Origin: Candidatus Culexarchaeum nevadense
GTDB lineage: Archaea; Thermoproteota; Methanomethylicia; Culexarchaeales; Culexarchaeaceae
DNA length: 64,000 nt
Reading direction: 5' to 3'
NCBI GenBank assembly: GCA_025060975.1
Contig: JANZKA010000002.1
Span: forward strand, 5,629-69,628
Shown: positions 19,241-29,113 of the stretch, piece after piece
How the letters are laid out: each line of letters begins with the position of its first letter
Position numbering within the stretch: position 1 is the stretch's first letter
Notes under the pieces: generated by a model
Told to the model about the DNA's origin: nothing
The model's input: the letters and a program-made list of their open reading frames with translations, nothing else
Databases searched by the model: none
Position numbers and translations under genes: made by a program

Positions 19241-19663
19241 TCATATTACTCTAAGCGCTTCTGATAATGGATGCCCTTTACAGTGTAGCATGAACTCCTT
19301 ATAATACCCAAATGGTGATTGTTTTACTTGATACCCCTTTTCCATTAAATTTTGTGTTATTATCCTCAAAGCCTTAACGGTTACTTCTAATCCCCCCAAT
19401 TGATTGGATAAATGTGCATATGGATATAATATCACCTTCTTCACACCTATTCTTGAGGATACTTCCATTATTGATTCAACTGCTTTCAAACATTTCTCTT
19501 CAATTCTATCTTCATCTATTGATTCTATACATGTGAATGCTACTAGGACGTCTTCTTCCATCCCCTCTCTGTTTTCATCGGTTAATTCATCTCTGATGGG
19601 TATTCTAACGGGTTTTGTAACTTTCCACCAAAATTTTTCGGCATGGATTAATAGGATTCTCAT
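19241..19663 (-). CDS. stand-alone archaeal ThrRS editing domain (DTD-like fold)
   Basis: MRILLIHA, LYPYAHLS, PFGYYKEF.LHCKGHPLSE. Only 140 aa. Confidence 0.88.
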   Translation of the reverse strand: MRILLIHAEKFWWKVTKPVRIPIRDELTDENREGMEEDVLVAFTCIESIDEDRIEEKCLKAVESIMEVSSRIGVKKVILYPYAHLSNQLGGLEVTVKALRIITQNLMEKGYQVKQSPFGYYKEFMLHCKGHPLSEALRVI

Positions 19664-19723
19664 AAGCTATCACAATAAACTTAATCTTTTATAGTAAATA
19701 TAAGTGTAATTCGTGGTGTTGAA

Positions 19724-20518
19724 ATGCGTGTTGCATCTGTCCAATTTAATGCTAGTAGATCTAAGGATGAGAATCTTAAGAGGATTTTGAGTTATATTGA
19801 GTATGCATCTAAAATTGGCGTTGAACTTGTTGTCTTCCCAGAATATTCCATGTTTTTCCCATTGGATAGGGATTCATTGAAGTTTTCAGAGTGTATTGAT
19901 GGGGGCTTTATAGGTGAAATCAAGCGTTATGCGAGAGATTGCAATGTCAATGTTGTCGTGAATTTTTCTGAGAAAGCTGATGATCCGCATGGAAGGGTTT
20001 ATGATACTTCAGTTTTAATATCTAGTTCTGGTGAAGTTCTTTCAGTTTATCGTAAAACCCATCTTTTTGATGCATTTAATGTTAGGGAATCGGATTACAT
20101 AGTTCCAGGAAATTCGTTGGCTAAACCTGTTAGGCTAGGTGAATTCAATGTTGGTTTGCTAATATGTTATGATATTCGCTTCCCGGAAACTGCTAGAAAC
20201 TTGGCTCTTAATGGATGTACATTGATTTGTGTTTCTTCAGCATGGTATGGTGGAGTTTTGAAGGAAGTTCATTTATTAACTATGATTGTGGCTAGAGCTA
20301 TAGAGAATGGAGTTTATGTGGTTATGGCAAATCAGACTCAACCAAGATTTTGTGGTAGGAGTTGTATAGTTGATCCGTATGGTGTGATGTTGGCGGATGC
20401 TGGTGAACGTGAAGGTGTAATGGTGTATAGTGATATAAGTGTTGAGAGATTGAATGATGTTAGGAGAAATCTACCATTACTATCTCAGAGGAGACCTGAA
20501 CTATATATTCAAAAATGA
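19724..20518 (+). CDS. carbon-nitrogen hydrolase (nitrilase superfamily, Nit-like)
   Basis: Catalytic triad motifs FPE, YRKTHLFD, ICYDIRFPE; also ARAIEN. Confidence 0.92.
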   Translation: MRVASVQFNASRSKDENLKRILSYIEYASKIGVELVVFPEYSMFFPLDRDSLKFSECIDGGFIGEIKRYARDCNVNVVVNFSEKADDPHGRVYDTSVLISSSGEVLSVYRKTHLFDAFNVRESDYIVPGNSLAKPVRLGEFNVGLLICYDIRFPETARNLALNGCTLICVSSAWYGGVLKEVHLLTMIVARAIENGVYVVMANQTQPRFCGRSCIVDPYGVMLADAGEREGVMVYSDISVERLNDVRRNLPLLSQRRPELYIQK

Positions 20519-20562
20519 ATTGATGTGTAGTAGAATTGGCGGGTTATGTATGATTGTTTCCA

Positions 20563-21015
20563 TTAGGGCTTTGTGAAAACCTCCTTTAATATCTTCTCAA
20601 TCCACATTTTATCCTTTTCATCGAAACTTCCCAATTGATCACTATCAACATCGAATACAGCTATTACCTCCCCTCTTGAATTGAATACGGGTGCTGATAT
20701 CTCAGATTTTGATCTTGGGTCACATACTATGTGTCCTGGAAACTTATCTACATCTGGAACTATTATTGTTTCTCTAAGTCTATATGCCGTTCCACAAACC
20801 CCTGTGTATGCTATTCTTGCACATGCGGGGGGACCCATTGAAGGGCCTAGTTCTAGATACTCTTCTCTTGGAATATAGAATCCAACCCAGAAGTAGTATG
20901 GGATATTTCTCTTCATAACTTCGCATATTATCTTCATTCTCTCAAATAACTCTTTATCTTTAATTCTCTCAATTATTTCACTATAGCATTTCTCGTAGAT
21001 TTCATCTTTATTCAC
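20563..21015 (-). CDS. msrC: GAF-domain free methionine-R-sulfoxide reductase
   Basis: WVGFY, GPPAC, GVCG, FPGHIVCD, SEI..P, DVDS..F. The three Cys residues are retained. Confidence 0.8.
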   Translation of the reverse strand: MNKDEIYEKCYSEIIERIKDKELFERMKIICEVMKRNIPYYFWVGFYIPREEYLELGPSMGPPACARIAYTGVCGTAYRLRETIIVPDVDKFPGHIVCDPRSKSEISAPVFNSRGEVIAVFDVDSDQLGSFDEKDKMWIEKILKEVFTKP

Positions 21016-21073
21016 GGGTTACCACCACTTATATTGAGGGTAAAACTATTATTCATATTTTTCATTCATAAAT

Positions 21074-21919
21074 TTGATTGTGGTTGAATTGTCTGTTGAA
21101 ATAATTTTCCTTGGGACTGGTGGTGGAAGGTTTTCGATGGTTACTCAGAAGAGGAGGACTGGTGGTATTAGGATTATTAGTTCTAAGTCTAATATTCATG
21201 TGGATCCAGGTCCAGGGGCATTAGTTTACTCTATTGAGATGGGTTTAGATCCACGTAAAATCAATGGGATACTGGTTTCACATGCTCATCCAGATCATTC
21301 CAATGATGTTGCTGTGATGATAGAGGCTATGAGTGAAGGTACCACTATAAAGAGAGGGGTTTTACTGGCTTCTACTAGTGTCTTATATGGTAATGATGTT
21401 TGTGAGAAGGTTTTATCGAAGTATCATCAATCAATACCTTCAGAAGTTTATGAAGCTAAGATCGGTTTTTCAATGGTTATAGGTGATTTGGAGGTTAAGG
21501 TTTGTAAAGCTGTTCATAGTGATCCAAGTACTATTGGTTTTAGATTTAGAACTCAGTATGGAGATTTCGCCTATATTCCTGACTCCGAATATTTTGATGA
21601 TGTTGAAGAATACTATGGTGGTGTTAGACTAATCATACTTTCAGTTTTGAGGCCTGGTGGTAAACCTTGGGAGGGGCATATGACCAGTGTGGATGCTGCT
21701 AAAATTATTAATAAGATTAAGCCTGAGAAGGCTATTATAACCCATTTTGGGATGCATATGATTATGAAGAGCCCTGAGTCTGAGGCTAGGTGGATTGAGA
21801 ATGAAACTGGTGTTCCAACAATAGCAGCAAGGGATTATATGAAGGTGAGGTTTGGTAAGAGTATTGATTTCTCATTTATGGAAAAACAGATGGATTTAAG
21901 AAGATTCCTTAATTATTAA
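21074..21919 (+). CDS. metallo-beta-lactamase fold hydrolase
   Basis: FLGTGGGR, VDPGPG, SHAHPDH, THFG. The true start may be TTG 21089. Confidence 0.88.
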   Translation: MIVVELSVEIIFLGTGGGRFSMVTQKRRTGGIRIISSKSNIHVDPGPGALVYSIEMGLDPRKINGILVSHAHPDHSNDVAVMIEAMSEGTTIKRGVLLASTSVLYGNDVCEKVLSKYHQSIPSEVYEAKIGFSMVIGDLEVKVCKAVHSDPSTIGFRFRTQYGDFAYIPDSEYFDDVEEYYGGVRLIILSVLRPGGKPWEGHMTSVDAAKIINKIKPEKAIITHFGMHMIMKSPESEARWIENETGVPTIAARDYMKVRFGKSIDFSFMEKQMDLRRFLNY

Positions 21920-22621
21920 GTTTAAAGCTTCCTTTACTTTTCTTCCTACAATGCTTTCCAGAAGACTTTCTACATCCCCAATTTTGTTTTCTAAGTCTTG
22001 TTGGAATGGTATTTCCACTAATACTTTTTTGTTAAGTTTCTTATACTCGTTTGTTTCAATACCCATGATCATGTTTACTATTACTCCAATTATTTCTCCA
22101 CTTTGTTCTTCCAGTAATTTTATAAGTTTCTTAACAGTTTCCATAGCTAATTTTGATGGTGTTACTACAATTACGAATTTTATCCTCCAATTAATTCTCA
22201 GCAAGTCTAGTATTATATCGCTTATCCCTGGAGGTGCATCTATTATTAGGTAGTCTAGTTCCCCCCATCTAGTTATGGATAATAGTTCTATTAGAGCGTT
22301 GGAGATGTCTATACCTCTCAATGGTGTTGGATTATTTTTCGTGTAGTATGTGATTGTCATATACTTTAATCCATGGATTTCTGGAGGTATTACCCCCTTC
22401 TCCTCTTTCGGCGTTAATTCTTCAGCATTTAATATTATGTGTGTGGCTGGACTTGTGAAGTCTGTGTCTAGTAATCCAACTTTGTACCCCATTCTGGAGA
22501 GTTGTAGTGCCATTATTGTTGAAATTATGCTTTTACCTACACCCCCCTTCCCGCTAACCACTGCTATAACGTTTCTAATGTTTTTAACATGTTCATTTAT
22601 TGCAGTTATCCTTGGATCCAT
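21896..22621 (-). CDS. hypB: Mrp/MinD-family ATPase, ATPase-type HypB (Thermococcus-like)
   Basis: MDPR..AIN, VVSGKGGVGKS, DAPPG, and no Mrp C-terminal CxxC. ATG overlaps the hypA stop (TGATG). Confidence 0.78.
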   Translation of the reverse strand: MDPRITAINEHVKNIRNVIAVVSGKGGVGKSIISTIMALQLSRMGYKVGLLDTDFTSPATHIILNAEELTPKEEKGVIPPEIHGLKYMTITYYTKNNPTPLRGIDISNALIELLSITRWGELDYLIIDAPPGISDIILDLLRINWRIKFVIVVTPSKLAMETVKKLIKLLEEQSGEIIGVIVNMIMGIETNEYKKLNKKVLVEIPFQQDLENKIGDVESLLESIVGRKVKEALNLIIKESS

Positions 22622-23022
22622 CAAGTAACACCACTTATGCTTTCTATCCAAACCCCCCTACCACTTATTATTTCGAAGTCTGGACTTCCACACTTCTGGC
22701 ATCTCATGAATGTATGTGCTACTTCTGGTATGAAGTGTATGGCTTCTTTAACATCTTCACTCAAACTTTCATCTTTAAACTTCCATCTATATCCACACTT
22801 TCTACACATCATTTCTGCTTCAATAGTTTCTAGCTTGAATTCCACATTCTCCAGATTCCTTTCTGATTTTAGTTCTGAAAGGGCGAATTTGAATATTTCA
22901 ATATCTATTTGTTGTAGTTCTCCAATTTTAATGACAACTTCCTTTACTTCTTTTAACCCCTTTTCTTTTGCAATTCTTAATACGGACATTACCACAGCTT
23001 CTGCGAGAGCCCATTCATGCAT
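22621..23022 (-). CDS. hypA: hydrogenase nickel chaperone HypA
   Basis: MHEWALA, GELQ, CRKC, IHFIPE, CQKC, GRGV. Confidence 0.95.
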   Translation of the reverse strand: MHEWALAEAVVMSVLRIAKEKGLKEVKEVVIKIGELQQIDIEIFKFALSELKSERNLENVEFKLETIEAEMMCRKCGYRWKFKDESLSEDVKEAIHFIPEVAHTFMRCQKCGSPDFEIISGRGVWIESISGVT

Positions 23023-23056
23023 TTTGATTTCACAACCATTGCTGTTATATTATCGA

Positions 23057-24265
23057 TTATCTCATTTCTTCTTTTATTACTTGTGAAAGTCTTCTTACCC
23101 CTTCCACTATTTGCTCTTTTGATGGGTATGTGAAGTTTAATCTCATGGCATTTCTAACTGACTTATCTGGGTAGAATGATCTTCCAGGGACATATGCAAC
23201 CTTATACTTCTCTATTGCTTTTTGGGCTATTAGTTCTGTGTCAACCCCTTCTGGGGCCCATGCAAATATGAACATTCCTCCGACGGGTTTAACCCATTTG
23301 GATCCATTTGGCATATATGTTTCGAGGGAGCTCATCATCACGTCCCTTTTCTCCCTATAAATCTCCCTAATTCTTGGTAGATGCTTTTCCAGTAATCCAG
23401 TTTTTAGAGCTTCTGCAGCTATGTATTGGCTTAATGGTGATGTGCATAGGTCTGCAACTTCCTTAGCCAATATTATCTTCTCTATTATCTTCTCGTTTCC
23501 AGCCATCCATCCAACTCTAAGTCCAGGTGCTATCATTTTACTGAATGTGCTCATGAAGACTACTCTATCTTCATTATCCATGGCTTTTAATGGTGTTGTT
23601 TCAACTTTCTCGTATAGGAAGTAGCTGTATGGGTCATCTTCTAGTATTAGGAGGTCGTATTTTGATGCTATTTCCATTAGATGCTTTCTCCTATCAAGGC
23701 TCATGGAGTATCCTGAGGGGTTTTGGCATGTGGGTATTGTGTATATGAACTTTATCTTCCTCTTCCTTCTAATGTTCTCCTTTATCTTCTCCTCCAATAT
23801 GTCTGTCTTCATACCATTATCATCTAATGGTATTCCAATTATGTTTGGCTGGTATGGTGCAAATGCATTTAAAGCTGCTAAGTATGTTGGGGCTTCTACA
23901 AATACTATGTCTCCTGGGTTTAGTAGAACTCTAGCCCATAGATCTAACCCTTGTTGACTTCCAGTTAATATTACGAGTTCTTCAACTCCTTTAACTTTTA
24001 TACCATTTTTACCCATGAATTTTATAACTTCTTCTAGTAGTATGTTATTTCCTCTGGTGGGACCGTATATTAATGCTTCCTCCCCGTACTCCAGTATGAC
24101 TCTCTTCGTGATTTCTGCAAGATCTTCTTTTGGTATATTTTTTGGATCTGGTATCCCCCCTCCAAAGCTAATTATATCTTTCTGTGTAGCCCACCTTAAT
24201 AGTCTCCTTATTTCTGATGGCCTCATATGTCCAGCTGTTTTAGAGAATAGTTTTTCATAGTTCAC
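23057..24265 (-). CDS. class I PLP aminotransferase (LysN/aromatic type)
   Basis: ISFGGGIPD, GSQQGLD, QNPSG, EDDPY, TFSKMIAPGLRVG, RLNF. Confidence 0.9.
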   Translation of the reverse strand: MNYEKLFSKTAGHMRPSEIRRLLRWATQKDIISFGGGIPDPKNIPKEDLAEITKRVILEYGEEALIYGPTRGNNILLEEVIKFMGKNGIKVKGVEELVILTGSQQGLDLWARVLLNPGDIVFVEAPTYLAALNAFAPYQPNIIGIPLDDNGMKTDILEEKIKENIRRKRKIKFIYTIPTCQNPSGYSMSLDRRKHLMEIASKYDLLILEDDPYSYFLYEKVETTPLKAMDNEDRVVFMSTFSKMIAPGLRVGWMAGNEKIIEKIILAKEVADLCTSPLSQYIAAEALKTGLLEKHLPRIREIYREKRDVMMSSLETYMPNGSKWVKPVGGMFIFAWAPEGVDTELIAQKAIEKYKVAYVPGRSFYPDKSVRNAMRLNFTYPSKEQIVEGVRRLSQVIKEEMR

Positions 24266-24291
24266 TCCATACCACCATATTGTGGAATTTC

Positions 24292-24326
24292 AATGCTCTT
24301 TCTAATGCTCAATGTTTATAAGCATT
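24292..24326. promoter_or_regulatory. divergent promoter region with repeated AATGCTC and a near-palindromic TATA element
   Basis: AATGCTC at 24292 and 24304; AATGTTTATAAGCATT (24311-24326), 14/16 self-complementary. Confidence 0.35.
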
Positions 24327-24357
24327 TCTACTCTACACTTTATGGCATCATGTTTTT

Positions 24358-25782
24358 ATGGTGGGTTATTGTTTAAATTTTAATTGTATGATGGCTAGAG
24401 ATGTTTTGAAGTATTATTCGGATAGGAGAGTTGTAAGTGAAATTCTGGATTATTGTAGGATGCGTTGGGTTGCTGCTGAAGCTAAAAGTTCTGGTGAGAA
24501 GCGTATCTTCTTTAGATATTGGAGTAGGAATGGTCCACCTCTATCCTTTAAAGATGAAGCTTCATTTAAACGTTTCCTTGAGAGTCATGTGTGGATTAAT
24601 GTTAGAAGCTTTTATGGTTCCATAAACATATACAGCGTCCTTAATAAGCGTGAGGATCTAGAAGATCTAGATAACATTATTGGATGTACACCTATTTGGG
24701 ATGTTGATGGCTCACTCAGTAATGTTAAATTGACATTGGATGTGGCAAGGATTATCGTCAGCTTTCTTGAGAGTAAAGGGGTATGTAAATCTATTTACTT
24801 GAAGTGGTCTGGTAGAGGGTTACATATACATTTACATGAAAATGCAATTTCAAAGGATGTTTTAAGTAAAGTTCACCCACTTGATGTAGCTTATGCCATT
24901 GTTGAGTATACAATAAGTAAGTGTTGGGATAAGATTAGAGATATAGTTTTAAAGGTCTCTAACTTGGATAGGGAATTCAAAGTTGAGAATAAGATTGATA
25001 TTCAGAGAGTTTTCACTTCTCCATTATCTCTTCATAGGGAACATGATATAGTTGCTGTGTGCTTTAAACCAAATGAAATTGATTCTTTCGATATATCTTG
25101 GACTAACCCTTCATCATTTAAGCATAATATGGATTGGAGGGTTTATGTTGATGGTGAAGCTGATGAATTGGCTTTAGAAGCTTATAGGGAGGTTGGAGGA
25201 TATATCCCAAAGATGGGTTTAAAATCTAAGCATTCAAAACCCACTAAGAGTCTTTTATCCATGGCAATCAGTATACCCGCAATTAGTGGACATATTGGTA
25301 GATTTCAGACTATGGCTTTACTTCAAGCTGCGAGATACTACGTTTTGAGAGGGGATATCGATAAAGCTAAATCTTTCGGCTTGAATAGAGCCATATTCTA
25401 TGCTTGGGCAAAGTACTACAAACCTAAATATGGGTTCTCACGGAAGAGGTTTGAAGATGCAGGGGCTATTAGGGGTAAATACAATTTTGATAGTCTTGGA
25501 GATGAGAAGGTTCCTATTTCAAGTAGTGGATATTATGTTATAGGAGATGTCGTTCAAACTCCAGATAGCTTTGATAGGGAAATTGCAAGTAAGATAAGTT
25601 CTGTGGTTCCATTTAATATAGCTTGGGAAGCAGCTGTAGACTATGTTAAGAGGTTTTCTAAGGAGACTTTAGAGAGTCAGCAGGAATTCTATAAAAGAGT
25701 TTATGAGCCTGTGAGGGATAACTTTGTAAAGATAATCCAGGAATATGTAGCTTTCAAGAAGTTTATGGAGGATAAAAAGTGA
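24358..25782 (+). CDS. archaeo-eukaryotic primase (PriS-like) domain fused to an uncharacterised C-terminal domain
   Basis: AEP motifs WDVDG, KWSGRGLHIH, KIDIQRVFTSPLSLH, then a linker, then a GRFQTMALLQAARYY..KSFGLNRAIFYAWAK domain. The start may be ATG 24388. Confidence 0.75.
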   Translation: MVGYCLNFNCMMARDVLKYYSDRRVVSEILDYCRMRWVAAEAKSSGEKRIFFRYWSRNGPPLSFKDEASFKRFLESHVWINVRSFYGSINIYSVLNKREDLEDLDNIIGCTPIWDVDGSLSNVKLTLDVARIIVSFLESKGVCKSIYLKWSGRGLHIHLHENAISKDVLSKVHPLDVAYAIVEYTISKCWDKIRDIVLKVSNLDREFKVENKIDIQRVFTSPLSLHREHDIVAVCFKPNEIDSFDISWTNPSSFKHNMDWRVYVDGEADELALEAYREVGGYIPKMGLKSKHSKPTKSLLSMAISIPAISGHIGRFQTMALLQAARYYVLRGDIDKAKSFGLNRAIFYAWAKYYKPKYGFSRKRFEDAGAIRGKYNFDSLGDEKVPISSSGYYVIGDVVQTPDSFDREIASKISSVVPFNIAWEAAVDYVKRFSKETLESQQEFYKRVYEPVRDNFVKIIQEYVAFKKFMEDKK

Positions 25783-25787
25783 TTTAT

Positions 25788-26987
25788 TTAAGCTTTAATT
25801 CTGTACTCGATGTTTAGATCTGAAATTTTATCCTTATTCTTCTCCATCCAGCTCTTCACATAACTACATTCTACTACAACCTTCTTCCCTCTATTTTTAA
25901 CGTAATTTACTGCTACATCAATTATCTTTGAAGCTAATCCTAAACCCCTATATTCTGGGGGAGTGTAAGTGCTTATCATTCTAATTTCATCTTCTGTTTC
26001 TTCAATTCTATGATAGGCTTTAACTCCTTCCTCCAATTCTATGTAGAATATTTTCCCATCAAATTTTATGTCATTCATGCTCTTCTTTAATGCTTGAACA
26101 TACTTTAATGCTGATATAGCCGCCATGCATCCATCTCCACTTGCAATAGCCACTTGCATCCCCCTACCGGTTACATCTCCAGCTGCGTATACCCCTCTAA
26201 TATTGGTTTCTTGATTTAAGTTCACAGCTATGTATCCTTGATCGTTCAGTTTAATCCCAGCAGCTCTATATATCTCGGTTTTGGGTTCTTCTCTACTGGC
26301 AATGAAAATTCCAGCACATTTTATTTCAAAACTTTCATTATCTCTCACTATCTTGATAGATATACCATCTTCAATACCACTTAATTCTTCAATTCTCCCC
26401 TTCAATAACTCAACGTTACTGTACTTGGATGATTCCTCAATTACTCTTTCATTTAAAGTTTCAGTTATTACATATAGTTTCTCAGCATAATTGGATAAGA
26501 GCTCCATTTCGCTTAATATTTCCTCGTCTCTCCCAGTTAGAGCTATTGTTTTGCCTTTGTATAGTGGGCCATCACATTTGGCACAGTAACTCACCCCTCT
26601 ACCTATGAGTTCACTCTCCCCCTTAATAGTGGTTTCACCCTTCTCCCTGCCAGTAGCTATTATCAATGCGTATCCTCTATATTCTCCACCTTTACACTTT
26701 ACAATTTTTAATGCTCCTTTCACTTCTAATCCTAAAACTTGTTCTGGGTAAACTATTTTGGCTCCAAATTTTAATGCTTGATTATACATTCGCATTGCAA
26801 GATCCATGGGGTTTGGTAGTGTGGGAATTCCAGGATAATTTTCCAAACTTTTCATTTTCGCCAAATTTCCTCCTGGAGCATTCTTTTCAATAACTAATGT
26901 TTTGAGTCCAGTTCTAGAAGCACATATGGCTGCGGATAGCCCTGCTGGTCCAGCTCCAATTATGATTACATCGTATATTTCACTCAA
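25788..26987 (-). CDS. thioredoxin-reductase-like flavoprotein fused to a C-terminal YjdJ-type GNAT domain
   Basis: [36 protein letters not shown]-terminal [20 protein letters not shown]. Confidence 0.85.
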   Translation of the reverse strand: MSEIYDVIIIGAGPAGLSAAICASRTGLKTLVIEKNAPGGNLAKMKSLENYPGIPTLPNPMDLAMRMYNQALKFGAKIVYPEQVLGLEVKGALKIVKCKGGEYRGYALIIATGREKGETTIKGESELIGRGVSYCAKCDGPLYKGKTIALTGRDEEILSEMELLSNYAEKLYVITETLNERVIEESSKYSNVELLKGRIEELSGIEDGISIKIVRDNESFEIKCAGIFIASREEPKTEIYRAAGIKLNDQGYIAVNLNQETNIRGVYAAGDVTGRGMQVAIASGDGCMAAISALKYVQALKKSMNDIKFDGKIFYIELEEGVKAYHRIEETEDEIRMISTYTPPEYRGLGLASKIIDVAVNYVKNRGKKVVVECSYVKSWMEKNKDKISDLNIEYRIKA

Positions 26988-27026
26988 TGTTTACCCCTCA
27001 TTTACCTACTAATTTATTTAAAGAGT

Positions 27027-27617
27027 TTAAATTTCCATTGGTTTTATGAATTTAAGTCCAGTGGACTTTAGAAGTTCAGTTAAATATTTTTGTCTACAAT
27101 TCTTTTCTACATTGCATGTTGCTCTATATGCTTCTTCCAAGTTTGATCCAGTTGCGAAGACTCCGTGTCCTCTAACTATCACTGCATTGCATGGCCCTAG
27201 GTTATCAACTATTTTTGTTCCAAGTTCTCTAGTTCCACTTTTCCCTTCAATCACCTTTATGCTTCCCATTTTAATTGCGGCTTCTATTTCAAGTGGTTCT
27301 ATTTCATTGAAGAAGTATGATACTGCAATTGTGTATGGTGGATGTGCGTGTATTATTGCCTTATAATCGGTTTTAATGTAAATTTCCCTGTGTACTGGTG
27401 CTTCGCTTGAAGCATGTTTATCGGCTTCGCTTTCATGTTTGAGGGGGATTTGAACTATATCTCTAATCGATATGTCTTCTAATGATGCTCCTCTACGGGT
27501 TATGTATATGTTTTCATTGACCTTTACACTTATGTTTCCCCCGTGACCACATACAAACCCCTTTTCAGTTAGTTTTCTACCATACTTTGCTATTTCTAGC
27601 TGTATATGTCTCCACAT
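27027..27617 (-). CDS. class II aldolase/adducin family (fuculose-phosphate aldolase-like)
   Basis: GGNIS, ASSE..VH..IY, IIHAHP, RGHG. Confidence 0.88.
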   Translation of the reverse strand: MWRHIQLEIAKYGRKLTEKGFVCGHGGNISVKVNENIYITRRGASLEDISIRDIVQIPLKHESEADKHASSEAPVHREIYIKTDYKAIIHAHPPYTIAVSYFFNEIEPLEIEAAIKMGSIKVIEGKSGTRELGTKIVDNLGPCNAVIVRGHGVFATGSNLEEAYRATCNVEKNCRQKYLTELLKSTGLKFIKPMEI

Positions 27618-27622
27618 AATTT

Positions 27623-27647
27623 CACATCAAATATTTTGAGTGATGTG
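27623..27647. promoter_or_regulatory. inverted repeat over the RBS region of the aldolase gene
   Basis: CACATCA-N11-TGATGTG. Confidence 0.35.
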
Positions 27648-27780
27648 GATTAATAATTGTATTGTTAACTTTGTTTAATTTGATGAATTTTATGTGTTAA
27701 ATTTCCATGCATTTTAATTACACTACTTATAACTAACTATATTTTTATCTACGTTCATCCAATTTTATAATTGATATTGA

Positions 27781-29058
27781 ATGTTTATGTTTAGGGATAA
27801 GCATCTTCACGTATCTTTAATTCTCATTCTAGTTTACTTCATATCACTTTCCATTCAGCCATATATTGCCCTTTCATCTCCTCTTAGAGTTTATTATGTT
27901 GAGGTTGATGCCACTATTGATGCTGGTGTTGCTGAGTATATTTTGAATGCTTTATCTAAAGCTGAAGCTTTCAATGCACCTCTAATTATTAGGTTGAATA
28001 CTTATGGTGGATATATGGATAGCATGGATACAATAATTAATGCTCTTGTGAGCTCTAAAGTTGAAACTGTTGTTTGGGTTGGCCCTCCAGGGGCTAAGGC
28101 TGTTTCAGCTGGAACATTTATTGCTCTTGCAGCTAACTATCTTGTAATGTCTGATGGTAGTGTCATAGGTTCCTGTCAACCTAGAAGTACTGCTGGTGAA
28201 CCAGTTGACCCTAAAATCTTGAATTATGCTATTGAACGTATGAGAGCTCTTGCTGAGAGGAAGTATGGTTTCAATGATAGTAGGGTTGATATTGCAGTTA
28301 AATTTGTTACTGAGAATCTTGATTTAACTGTTAGTAGGGCTTTGGAGCTTGGAATAGCTGATTTTAAGGCTAATTCTCTTCAAGAGGTTTTATCTGTACT
28401 TGGTTGGAGTGATTATGAAGTTGTTGTGGTTGGTAGGAGTATTGCCTCACAGTTATACTCGTTACTCAATGATCCACTTATTGTTGGTTTACTCTTCGAA
28501 CTTGGATTCTGGCTTATACTAATAGATCTACTTACTGCTGGGGTTCAGGTTTATGGCTTTATTGGAGCGGCAATGATAGTTTTATCTCTCTTTGGTATGG
28601 GTTTAATTGGGCCTAGTGCCACAGCTTTAGCTTTGCTGATAATTGGATCCATATTGATACTTGTGGAACTACAATATCCTGGTATACAGTTATTTGGTTT
28701 TCTGGGTTTAGTAATGTATGCCTTAGGGATATTATTTATGTATAGGGAGCAACCATATATTGAAATTGGAGTTCCACAATATGTTTTCGTATCCATGTTG
28801 GCTATTGGAGGAGGTTTCCTCATCATATATGTACATAATGTTAGGAAGAGTTGGAGGAGGGCTAGGGGGATGTTAGATCCTAAGAGACTTATTGGAATGA
28901 CTGGAGTTGCCAAAACCGATTTTAAAGCTGGTGAAAATGGTGTTGTACACGTTTTTGGTGAGGAGTGGACTGCATTCTCTGATTTCGATATTAAGAGGGG
29001 GCAGAAGGTTAAGATTGTTGATGTTGTAGGGTTGAGGTTGAAGGTTGCTCCAGCGTAA
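27781..29058 (+). CDS. nfeD: NfeD-family membrane-bound serine protease (long form)
   Basis: Signal/TM segment, LNTYGG, AVSAG (Ser), DPKI (Lys), TM bundle, C-terminal OB fold (GEEWTA). Confidence 0.88.
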   Translation: MFMFRDKHLHVSLILILVYFISLSIQPYIALSSPLRVYYVEVDATIDAGVAEYILNALSKAEAFNAPLIIRLNTYGGYMDSMDTIINALVSSKVETVVWVGPPGAKAVSAGTFIALAANYLVMSDGSVIGSCQPRSTAGEPVDPKILNYAIERMRALAERKYGFNDSRVDIAVKFVTENLDLTVSRALELGIADFKANSLQEVLSVLGWSDYEVVVVGRSIASQLYSLLNDPLIVGLLFELGFWLILIDLLTAGVQVYGFIGAAMIVLSLFGMGLIGPSATALALLIIGSILILVELQYPGIQLFGFLGLVMYALGILFMYREQPYIEIGVPQYVFVSMLAIGGGFLIIYVHNVRKSWRRARGMLDPKRLIGMTGVAKTDFKAGENGVVHVFGEEWTAFSDFDIKRGQKVKIVDVVGLRLKVAPA

Positions 29059-29113
29059 ATAAACACTAACACTTTTATACTGATTATATGATATAGCAGT
29101 TTGGTGTATAGGT

